Source: Candidatus Bathyarchaeota archaeon
GTDB taxonomy: Archaea; Thermoproteota; Bathyarchaeia; Bathyarchaeales; Bathycorpusculaceae
NCBI GenBank assembly: GCA_963775465.1
Contig: CAVZIW010000003.1
Coordinates: 320,001-384,000, forward strand
Direction of reading: 5' to 3'
DNA length: 64,000 nucleotides
A program made the position numbers and the translations under genes. The notes beneath the pieces were generated by a model, which was not told the origin of the DNA, made no database searches, and saw only the letters and a program-made list of their open reading frames with translations. Below are positions 50,068 through 58,378 of the stretch, piece by piece. Each line of letters begins with the position of its first letter. Positions within the stretch are counted from its first letter, which is position 1.

Positions 50068-50131
50068 GGGTCAGCGACGATTGACGATTTCTCACAGCCT
50101 AGGGCTCGAAGCCGTCGCCTCACATCATCCC
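50068..50131 (-). ncRNA. Probable C/D-box guide sRNA
   Basis: Minus strand reads GGG-ATGATGT(C)-guide-TCGA(D')-GCCCTAGGC-TGTGAGA(C')-guide-CTGA(D)-CCC; a GC-rich island in an AT-rich spacer. Confidence 0.65.
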
Positions 50132-50605
50132 GCGCTTAATTTGATGTAGGGGCGGATTTATCTATTTTGGGTTCGGGATAAAATATTGCAAAGATTAAAG
50201 AATAAATGTCAATTACGAAACAACTTGGTTTATGAATCTTGAGCTCGGGTGTTGCGGTTTTGGCGGCTTCTGATTTTAATATTACGGCTTTATTTGAATA
50301 TGCTGGTATAGATTGTTGGATTTGTGCTGTCTTGTCTGGTTTGGTTGCATTGCAGTTGCACTTTGTCCCAATAGTTATTCTTGAGGTGCAGGGTACAGAG
50401 CTGCGAATATTGATAGAACTATATCAAGTGTGTTTTCTTTTTTGTTAAATTATGTTTCTCAAAAAGAGTACAAAAAATAGTGCACAAAACATGTTTTTCT
50501 TGGGAGCTTGTTGAGCGATTAACGTCAGTTGACGAATCTAAATGTTTAAACTTACGTAAGAGCAGGGTATCCTAAATGCTGTTTCGTTGGAGGTGAAAAG
50601 GTTAC

Positions 50606-50674
50606 ATGATATTCGAAGAAGATGAGGAATGGGAAGAGGGCGAAGATGAGGAATGGGAAGAAGAAGAATGGTAA
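50606..50674 (+). CDS. 22-aa acidic Trp-repeat micropeptide
   Basis: MIFEEDEEWEEGEDEEWEEEEW*, with SD GGAGGTGA, TATA-like TTTAAA near 50545 and downstream T-tracts. Confidence 0.65.
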   Translation: MIFEEDEEWEEGEDEEWEEEEW

Positions 50675-50832
50675 GCTAGCTCTTAGTGCGAAAATTTTGT
50701 AATCTTTCTTTAATTTTAATTTCTTCTTGTTTATTTTTGATTTATTTTTTTGTTGCCGATTGGATTAGTCTTGAGTTTTTTTTGGGTTTATATTTATAAC
50801 TGACTTGTGGGATTCATTAATCGAAGTTTATC

Positions 50833-52686
50833 ATGACGCGGATCGCTGTCTTAAACGCCGACAAGTGCAAGGTCAAAAAATGCAATCAACTTTGCGTAAG
50901 CTATTGCCCCATGGTGCGGAGTCGAGTGGAAGCTATACGCGTGGAGGGTAACAAAGCTCTTATCTCTGAAGTGCTTTGCAGCGGGTGTGGTATCTGCGTC
51001 AAAAAATGTCCTTTTAAGGCCATTAGTATTGTGAATTTGCCTGATGAGCTTGAAAAGGATTGTAGTCATCGATTTAGCGCTAACAGTTTCAAGCTTTTCC
51101 GTTTGCCTATGCCTTCGCCGGGTACTGTTTTGGGGTTGCTTGGGCAAAATGGAATTGGAAAAAGTACCACATTGAAGGTTTTCTCAGGGGAAATTAAGCC
51201 TAACTTGGGTAAATTCGATTCTGCACCTGACTGGCCGGAAATCATTCAGTACTATCGCGGTTCTAGCTTGCAAGATTATTTTCAGAAGTTAAGCAAGAAT
51301 CAACTTAAAGTTAGCAGTAAACCTCAGTATGTTGATAAGATTCCTAAAGCTGTTGAAGGTAAAGCTGGAGATTTACTGGAAAAAGTTGATGAGCGTAAAC
51401 AGCTTGATGCGATTGCTGAAGAGTTAGAGCTTAAGAAAATTTGGGATCGTGCTCTTGATGTGCTTAGTGGTGGGGAGCTTCAGCGTGTTGCGGTTGCGGC
51501 GGCTCTTAGTCGTGATGCGGATGTTTATCTTTTTGATGAGCCTTCGAGTTATTTGGATGTGAAGCAGCGTCTTGTGGTTGCTAGGGCGATTCGTAGCCTT
51601 AAGGAGCAGCAAAAAACTATAGTTGTTGCTGAACATGATTTGGCTATTATCGATTACTTGTCTGACCAAATCTGTGTTTTCTATGGTGAGCCGGGAGTGT
51701 ATGGTGTTGTTTCTCATGTGCATGGTGTGCGTACTGGCATTAACATATACCTTCAGGGTTACATAGCTGATGAGAACATTTTGTTTAGAAAAGAATCTAT
51801 TGTTTTTCATGAGAAACCTCCAGCAACTGCAGGTACCCTGATTGGTGAGCCTTTGCTCAAGTGGGATAATATGGAGAAGACCTTCCAAGGCTTCAAACTT
51901 GCCATCGAACCAGGAGAAATCAGGGCTAGCGAAATCATCGGAATTCTTGGACCCAACGGGATAGGTAAAACAACTTTTGTTAAGATTCTTGCGGGTCTTG
52001 AAGAAACTGACGATAAACGTCAGCTTAGTAAGTTAACGGTTAGCTATAAGCCTCAGTATATAGCTCCAGATTATGAAGGTACCGTGCAGGAGTTGTTGAT
52101 GAATGTGGCAAAAGATAACTTTACTTCTAGTTGGTATAAAACCGAAATTGCTCAGCCCCTTCGGCTTCAAGTTTTGTTGGATCGTAACGTAATGGAGCTT
52201 AGCGGTGGGGAACTTCAAAAAGTTGCCATAGCTGCTTGTCTTAGCCGTAAAACCGATCTGTTCCTGCTCGATGAACCTAGTGCCTATTTGGATGTTGAGG
52301 AGCGTTTAAACGTTGCAAAGACGTTGCGGCGTGTGGTCGAGGCTCATGGAATTCCTGCATTTGTTGTTGAACATGATGTTGTGACGCAAGACTTTATCGC
52401 TGATCGTCTCATGGTTTTTAATGGGCAACCGGGTGAGAGTGGAAAAGCTCATCCTCCGACAACGTTGCGTGCCGGGATGAATACATTCCTTAAAGAAATG
52501 GACATTACTTTCCGACGAGACTCAACTACCTTCCGGCCTCGTGTTAACAAGGAAGATTCACAGATGGATAAGTTCCAAAAAGACATCGGTGAATATTATT
52601 ATACAAAAGTAACCAGAGACAAAGACGAAAAAGAGGATAAGGCTGCAAAAGAGGCTTCAAAGAAGATGGAATCAGCTAAGAAATAG
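50833..52686 (+). CDS. rli: Ribosome recycling ABC ATPase ABCE1/Rli1
   Basis: N-terminal Fe-S domain (CSGCGICVKKCPF) and two ABC domains (GQNGIGKS, GPNGIGKT, LSGGELQ twice). Confidence 0.96.
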   Translation: MTRIAVLNADKCKVKKCNQLCVSYCPMVRSRVEAIRVEGNKALISEVLCSGCGICVKKCPFKAISIVNLPDELEKDCSHRFSANSFKLFRLPMPSPGTVLGLLGQNGIGKSTTLKVFSGEIKPNLGKFDSAPDWPEIIQYYRGSSLQDYFQKLSKNQLKVSSKPQYVDKIPKAVEGKAGDLLEKVDERKQLDAIAEELELKKIWDRALDVLSGGELQRVAVAAALSRDADVYLFDEPSSYLDVKQRLVVARAIRSLKEQQKTIVVAEHDLAIIDYLSDQICVFYGEPGVYGVVSHVHGVRTGINIYLQGYIADENILFRKESIVFHEKPPATAGTLIGEPLLKWDNMEKTFQGFKLAIEPGEIRASEIIGILGPNGIGKTTFVKILAGLEETDDKRQLSKLTVSYKPQYIAPDYEGTVQELLMNVAKDNFTSSWYKTEIAQPLRLQVLLDRNVMELSGGELQKVAIAACLSRKTDLFLLDEPSAYLDVEERLNVAKTLRRVVEAHGIPAFVVEHDVVTQDFIADRLMVFNGQPGESGKAHPPTTLRAGMNTFLKEMDITFRRDSTTFRPRVNKEDSQMDKFQKDIGEYYYTKVTRDKDEKEDKAAKEASKKMESAKK

Positions 52687-52874
52687 ATAACGCATAGGTT
52701 TAGCTGTCAAACCATTAATTTTACATTTTTAGCGCAAAAATATTCATGTAAGTCTGTCTCCGTGTGCTTCTAAAACGTGGCTTTTATACTTAGAGTGCAG
52801 TTAACTTAAAGAACCACCAACAAATATACTTAGCATTCGCAAAAACAAAACGGGGAAAGTGGTGTAAGCAGCAA

Positions 52875-54401
52875 GTGGCTCAAGCAACATTCGAAGAAAT
52901 TTCGGCATCTGACTTTTTTTACCGTAACCGTGACATCGCAGGCTTAACAAACCCCTCGCGTAGCATCTTTGTTGCCATTCGTGAAGTTGTTGAAAATAGT
53001 CTTGACGCTGCTGAGAGCCAAAAGATTCCTCCGAATATTTATGTGCGTTTGTCTTTTGAGTCAGAAGCAACTAAGGCTACTCAAATCTATAAGCTTCATG
53101 TTGCAGACAACGGCAGTGGGATTCCTCCAAAGTTTATCCCTTCCGCGTTTGGACAGGTTCTCTATGGCAGTAAGTATAAGCTCAAACAGGCCCGAGGTAC
53201 TTTTGGGCTTGGTGGCAAGATGGCGGTGTTGTATGGGCAAATCACTACGCACCAGCCTGTTTTTGTAACTTCGAGCACTGGGCAGGAAAAAATCTACAGT
53301 TTTAAACTGATGATTGATATCCAGCGGAATAGGCCTATAATTTTGGATCGTAAAGTTCTGATAAATAAGGATCGTTGGCAGGGAACAATAATTGAGTTCA
53401 CGTTGGAAGGTGACTATTTGCGTGCTATGCCTAAAATTATTGATTACTTTAAGCAGACAGCCATGGTTAACCCGTATGCAAATATCACTTTTGTGGATCC
53501 TAAGGGTAGGCTCTACAAGTTTGTAAGGGCAACAACAGTTATGCCTGATCCGCCCAAAGAGACTATGCCTCACCCTTACGGTGTTGATGTTGAGTTGTTG
53601 CAGCGGCTTATCCAAATTACTGAATTTAATAACATGAGTAGTTTTCTGAGAGGGCATTTTCATAGAGTCGGGGAAATTACGGCGCAAAAGTTTTTGGATT
53701 TTGCTGGTATCTCTCCGAAGAAGAATCCGAAAAAACTTGCTCATGAAGAAATAGTGCGGTTGATGCAGAACCTTAAAAGGTTTAAAGACTTCCTTCCGCC
53801 CGATGCTAACTGTCTTTCACCTTTGGGTGAAGAGTTGCTTAAGGCTGGTGTTGTGAAAGAGTTAAACCCTGAGTATTTGGTTGTGCATCAGCGTAAGCCT
53901 TCAACTTATGCAGGTCATCCGTTCATTGTGGAGATGGCTATGGCTTACGGTGGGAACGTGCCTAAGAGCGGTACTTTTGTTATCTATCGTTTTGCTAACA
54001 AAATTCCGCTTCTTTATGATGAAGCCAGTGATGTTTCTTATCGTGTGATTTCGGCTATGAATTGGCGTCGTTATAAGGTGCATCCTGAGATGCCGATCGC
54101 TATTGTGGTGCACATTTGCAGTACCAAAGTGCCCTACAAGACTGTGGGCAAGGAATTCATAAGTGATCGTCCCGAAATAAGGCGGGAGGTTGCGAATGCG
54201 CTTAGGGAGGTTGCACGGCAGATTCAGCATTTTCTTGCTAGGCAAGAGCATGTTCATATGGAGAAGAAGCGGTTGGGGATTTTTAGCAAGTTTCTGCCTA
54301 AGATCGCGGAGTTTTCAACTATTCTTGCGAGGCAGGAGAAGAAGCCTGATATCGAAAAATTACTAAAGAGTGTGCAGAAGTATGGATCAGAAGAAAGCTA
54401 A
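52875..54401 (+). CDS. top6B: DNA topoisomerase VI subunit B
   Basis: EVVENSLDA, DNGSGIP, RGTFGLG and RFANKIPLLY motifs. Confidence 0.96.
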   Translation: MAQATFEEISASDFFYRNRDIAGLTNPSRSIFVAIREVVENSLDAAESQKIPPNIYVRLSFESEATKATQIYKLHVADNGSGIPPKFIPSAFGQVLYGSKYKLKQARGTFGLGGKMAVLYGQITTHQPVFVTSSTGQEKIYSFKLMIDIQRNRPIILDRKVLINKDRWQGTIIEFTLEGDYLRAMPKIIDYFKQTAMVNPYANITFVDPKGRLYKFVRATTVMPDPPKETMPHPYGVDVELLQRLIQITEFNNMSSFLRGHFHRVGEITAQKFLDFAGISPKKNPKKLAHEEIVRLMQNLKRFKDFLPPDANCLSPLGEELLKAGVVKELNPEYLVVHQRKPSTYAGHPFIVEMAMAYGGNVPKSGTFVIYRFANKIPLLYDEASDVSYRVISAMNWRRYKVHPEMPIAIVVHICSTKVPYKTVGKEFISDRPEIRREVANALREVARQIQHFLARQEHVHMEKKRLGIFSKFLPKIAEFSTILARQEKKPDIEKLLKSVQKYGSEES

Positions 54402-55479
54402 GGTTGCAGAAAGAAAAGAAGAAGTTGTTTCTTGTCTGAAGAGGTTTGGTACTGAGATCTACAATCAGTTAGATCAGGGTGTTTTCCCCACGATTAACAT
54501 GCCGAGTCGTTCTACTGAGAACATTACTTATGATTCTGCGCTTCGTCAGTACATTTTAGGTGAAAGGGTTGTTACTCGTAGTGCTCGTAACATTCGTCAT
54601 ATAAGGCCTTTTACTCAGCTTGCTTGGGCGGCGATGTTTGGTAATGAGTTGACTACTCAGCGCAAGACCTCAACGTTGAGAGATGTGTATTATTCGGCTC
54701 AGGCTTATGAGATGACTTTTAATGATCAGCAGGAATCGAACAATATAATTACTGATCTTGAGACTTTGACTGGGTTTGCTCGAGAGGATTTTCATATTTT
54801 TCCTGAAGAGCGTAGTGCTATTTTTGGTGACTTAGATATCGGTTATACTGTTCCAGGTTACGAGGGTAAATCGCTTAACTTGACTAGCCATCCTGATGGA
54901 GTTTTGATCGGGCCAGCGTTGACTACTTCTGAGTTTTTAGGAACTAAGGCTGATAAGGTCATTGCGATTGAGAAGGGTGCTTTGTTTACGAGGTTTATTG
55001 AAGAAAATGTTCACAATAAGCATAAGTCTCTGCTTATTTCGTGTGGTGGTCAAGCTCCTAGGCAGACTCGTAGTTTTATTAGGCGTTTGCATGATGAGTT
55101 GAATTTGCCGGTTTATATTTTAACTGACGGTGACCCGTGGGGGATGCATATTGCTCAAGTTATCATTTCAGGTTCAGCTAATGCTGCGCATCTTCGTGAA
55201 CTTAATACGCCTGATGCGGTTTGGAGTGGAGTTTGGGCAAGTGATATAGTTGAGTATAAGCTGCCAACTGATCCGCTCGATGAGGTTGATATTAAGCGTC
55301 TGTATGAGTTGCAGAGGGATCCGCGTTATCAGAATGATCCTTTGTGGCAGCGAGAAATTAAGTTGTTTCTTAAGATTAAGCGCAAGGCGGAACAGGAAGC
55401 TTTCAGCAGGTACGGATTAACCTACATTGTGGATGAATATTTGCCTACTAAGCTTGAAGGTGCAAAGGGCAAAAAGTAG
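54382..55479 (+). CDS. top6A: DNA topoisomerase VI subunit A
   Basis: STLRDVYY (catalytic Tyr), IEK, TDGDPWG and KAEQEA motifs. Confidence 0.96.
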   Translation: MDQKKAKVAERKEEVVSCLKRFGTEIYNQLDQGVFPTINMPSRSTENITYDSALRQYILGERVVTRSARNIRHIRPFTQLAWAAMFGNELTTQRKTSTLRDVYYSAQAYEMTFNDQQESNNIITDLETLTGFAREDFHIFPEERSAIFGDLDIGYTVPGYEGKSLNLTSHPDGVLIGPALTTSEFLGTKADKVIAIEKGALFTRFIEENVHNKHKSLLISCGGQAPRQTRSFIRRLHDELNLPVYILTDGDPWGMHIAQVIISGSANAAHLRELNTPDAVWSGVWASDIVEYKLPTDPLDEVDIKRLYELQRDPRYQNDPLWQREIKLFLKIKRKAEQEAFSRYGLTYIVDEYLPTKLEGAKGKK

Positions 55480-55780
55480 TGTGGTTGGTTGTTTACTTTT
55501 CTTTTTGACAGAAATTTCTGAATTGGCTAAGAATGGTTAATGTATTTTTTTAGCAAAGAATGCTTTGTAGGCTAGCTTAGAAAAAGGGGGATCGCGGGAA
55601 ATACCCTTGACCTGATTTTGATGTTGTTTCTTAGCTGTTGTGAAGGATGGTTGCTTATTGCATGATATGCGAGGTCGAATCGGTTGAGGTTCATTACTTT
55701 GTTTCATGTTGCTACGAAGTAGTGCAGCAACTTCTTCTATGGGTCCTCTCGCGTCCCTGTCGAACTTGTCTGTGATCTGA

Positions 55781-57241
55781 TTATTCGTTTTTTACGCCTT
55801 TGGCGATGCGGTCGCCGACTTCTTTATCGATGTTGCGCCAGTATTCGAATGCTCGTTGTAGCACGGGTTCGGATACGCCGTTTTTCAGATGTCCTACCAC
55901 ATTGGACACCAACCGGTCTCGTTGCGCATTGTCCATTACTTTGCGTACCAGGGTGCCGGGCTGGCCGAAGTCGTCGTCGTCTTTGCGTTTGTTGTAGGCT
56001 GCGCGTGTGAACTCGCCGTTGGCGCTCCAGATGGTGACCTCGGGGTACTGCTCTGGGTCTGCTTTTGGGCCGCCTTTTGAGTTGGGTGCATAGACGGGGT
56101 CGGTGACGTTGTTTATTCGCATTGCTCCGCCTTTGCTGTAGCTGTGGATTGGTACTTTGGGTCGGTTGACTGGAATCTGTTTGTAGTTGACTCCTAGGCG
56201 AGCTCGGTGGGCGTCGGAGTAGGAAACCAGGCGGGCGAGTAGCATTTTGTCTGGGCTTGGTCCGATTCCGGGGACGAGGTTGTTTGGTTCGAATGCTGCT
56301 TGCTCGATCTCAGCTTGAAAATCGTTGGGGTTGTGGTTTAGCGTCAGTTTGCCCACTTCGTGTACTGGGTAGTCTTCGTGGGGCCAGACTTTGGTCAGGT
56401 CGAAGGGGTTGAATCGGTAGGTTTCGGCCTCTTTGAAGGGCATGATTTGGACTTGTAGAGTCCAACTGGGGTAGTCTCCTTTTTTGATTGCTTCGAACAG
56501 GTCGCGGCGGTGGTAGTCGGCGTCAACACCGGCAATTCGGTCGGCCTCTTCTTGGGTTAGGAAGTCGATGCCTTGGTTTGTCTTGAAGTGATATTTCACC
56601 CAGTAGCGCTCGTTTTTGGCATTGACCCACATGTATGTGTGGCTTGAGTAGCCGTTCATGTTTCGATAGCTTTTTGGGACTCCACGATCGCTCATCAAGA
56701 TGGTGACTTGATGGGCTGACTCGGGTGAAAGGGTCCAGAAGTCCCACTGCATGTCGTTATCGCGCAGGCCGTTTTCTGCACGGCGTTTTTGGGAGTGGAT
56801 GAAGTGTTGGAATTTCATAGGGTCGCGCACGAAAAAGACAGGGGTGTTGTTTCCCACCATGTCATAATTGCCTTCTGTGGTGTAGAACTTTAGTGCAAAG
56901 CCGCGTACATCTCGCCAGGTGTCGGGGCTGCCGCTTTCGCCGGCTACGGTGGAGAAGCGGGCTAGCACCTCGGTTTTGGTGCCTGGATGGAACATGGCTG
57001 CCTTTGTATAAGCGCTGACGTCTTTGGTTACCTCGAAGTATCCGAAGGCTCCGGAACCTTTTGCGTGGGGTTGGCGGTCTGGGATCATCTCTCGGTTAAA
57101 GTTTGCCATCTGTTCCATCAGGTAGTGGTCCTGTAGCAGGATTGGGCCATCAGGTCCAACTGTAAGAGAAAACTCTTGGCTGGCTACTGGGATTCCGGCA
57201 TCGGTTGTTGTGGGTTTTTGTTCGTCTTTTTTTGTGGTTAT
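55781..57241 (-). CDS. katA: Monofunctional small-subunit heme catalase
   Basis: [21 protein letters not shown] and [12 protein letters not shown] motifs. The conserved N-terminus (TTDAGIPV...[10 protein letters not shown]) lies upstream of the track start, and the frame extends to ATA 57241. Confidence 0.92.
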   Translation of the reverse strand: MTTKKDEQKPTTTDAGIPVASQEFSLTVGPDGPILLQDHYLMEQMANFNREMIPDRQPHAKGSGAFGYFEVTKDVSAYTKAAMFHPGTKTEVLARFSTVAGESGSPDTWRDVRGFALKFYTTEGNYDMVGNNTPVFFVRDPMKFQHFIHSQKRRAENGLRDNDMQWDFWTLSPESAHQVTILMSDRGVPKSYRNMNGYSSHTYMWVNAKNERYWVKYHFKTNQGIDFLTQEEADRIAGVDADYHRRDLFEAIKKGDYPSWTLQVQIMPFKEAETYRFNPFDLTKVWPHEDYPVHEVGKLTLNHNPNDFQAEIEQAAFEPNNLVPGIGPSPDKMLLARLVSYSDAHRARLGVNYKQIPVNRPKVPIHSYSKGGAMRINNVTDPVYAPNSKGGPKADPEQYPEVTIWSANGEFTRAAYNKRKDDDDFGQPGTLVRKVMDNAQRDRLVSNVVGHLKNGVSEPVLQRAFEYWRNIDKEVGDRIAKGVKNE

Positions 57242-57329
57242 GATAAAACAACTCCTCGATTTGTGTAAAGATGTTTTATTTTCATCTGTAAAAAACTCCT
57301 TTTTGTCTGTTATAGGATAGTGGAAAAGG

Positions 57330-57360
57330 TTTATTTAAGAATTATTATTATCTAATAATC
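57330..57360. promoter_or_regulatory. TATA box plus AT-rich Fur/PerR-like operator
   Basis: TTTATTTAAGAATTATTATTATCTAATAAT, containing the inverted repeat ATTATTA-N5-TAATAAT, between the divergent catalase and Fur-family genes. Confidence 0.5.
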
Positions 57361-57363
57361 GAC

Positions 57364-57804
57364 ATGACAACTGATCATTTTAAATCAGATTCCTCCGCAA
57401 TTGAAGCTCTGCGAAGTAAAGGCTACAAGGCAACTCCGCAGAGAATAGCCATCTGCCGAATTGCCCTCAACAGTCGAGATCACCCGTCAGCCCAAGCAAT
57501 CTACAAGAAAGTTAAGAAGATCCATCCGACAGTCAGTCTAGCAACTGTCTACAAGACACTAGAAGTGCTTAAAGATTTAGATTTAGTGCAGGAGCTTAAT
57601 TTTCCTAAGGGGCAGGCAAAGTTTGACTCTTACATGGCGCCTCACATTAACCTAATCTGCCTAAAATGTGGAGAAATCGTTGACTTAGATGATGCGGTTG
57701 CAGGGGAGATCTCAAAGATGGTGAGTGCAGTATCAAATTTCAAGCCAAACGGGCAACGGCTTGATGTATACGGTGTTTGCCAAAAATGCAGTGCCCCAAA
57801 ATAA
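57364..57804 (+). CDS. Fur-family regulator, PerR-like
   Basis: TPQRIAI, HPSA, SLATVYKTL, HINLIC..CG and C..C motifs; divergent from catalase. Confidence 0.9.
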   Translation: MTTDHFKSDSSAIEALRSKGYKATPQRIAICRIALNSRDHPSAQAIYKKVKKIHPTVSLATVYKTLEVLKDLDLVQELNFPKGQAKFDSYMAPHINLICLKCGEIVDLDDAVAGEISKMVSAVSNFKPNGQRLDVYGVCQKCSAPK

Positions 57805-58059
57805 ATGTATTTTAGTTTGCAGCAGCCAGCTTGTTTCAAAGGTTGTTTTTGGAAATATGGGGGGTTTATTTTGGTTTGTTTTTTGATTTAGGGTTTGTGG
57901 CTTTTGTAGGTTGCGCTCATGAAGGTCAGGTGTTTTCTAGTTGTCAGTGCTTGGCGGGATGGTTTTAAGTTGCTATTGGAATGCAAAAAAGGGGTTTTTG
58001 TTGCTAAACGCTTTTATCGTACAACTTTGACTAAAAAGATATTAAAAGAAGGTTTGACT

Positions 58060-58239
58060 ATGGTTGAAATTAAAGTAAGCGATAAATGTACTGGATGCGA
58101 AACATGCGTGAACACTTGCCCTGTATGCGTCTACGAAATGAAAGACGGCAAATCTGTACCAGTGCGAGTCGACGAATGCATTGTATGCCGAACATGTGAA
58201 TCTTCCTGCCCAGAAGGCGCAATTCAAGTCATAGAATAA
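58060..58239 (+). CDS. 2[4Fe-4S] ferredoxin
   Basis: CTGCETCVNTCP and CIVCRTCESSCP; ATG at 58060. Confidence 0.92.
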   Translation: MVEIKVSDKCTGCETCVNTCPVCVYEMKDGKSVPVRVDECIVCRTCESSCPEGAIQVIE

Positions 58240-58378
58240 GCATAGAGCGGCGTAAAATCCGATTTCTCCTTCGCAGAAGCGAGTAAATCTTGAACGTTAG
58301 TTAAACCGAAAGGTTTAGCTTCGTCACTTTTTCCCTTGATTTGTTTGATTTAGAATTACAATTCTTGAAGTGATAAAA

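Noticed and set aside
50239-50448. 69-aa hydrophobic ORF
   Set aside because: No SD or motif; likely a by-product of the G/T-rich composition.
50617-50671. CRISPR or non-coding tandem repeat (GAAGATGAGGAATGGGAAGA twice)
   Set aside because: Only two copies with no spacer; better explained as the coding repeat of the micropeptide.
55575-55780. Open frame downstream of catalase (QITDKFDRDARGPIEE...)
   Set aside because: No convincing start or recognisable family; insufficient support.
58246-58332. SECIS element
   Set aside because: The ferredoxin has no in-frame UGA (it ends in TAA), and the hairpins lack a recognisable SECIS core.
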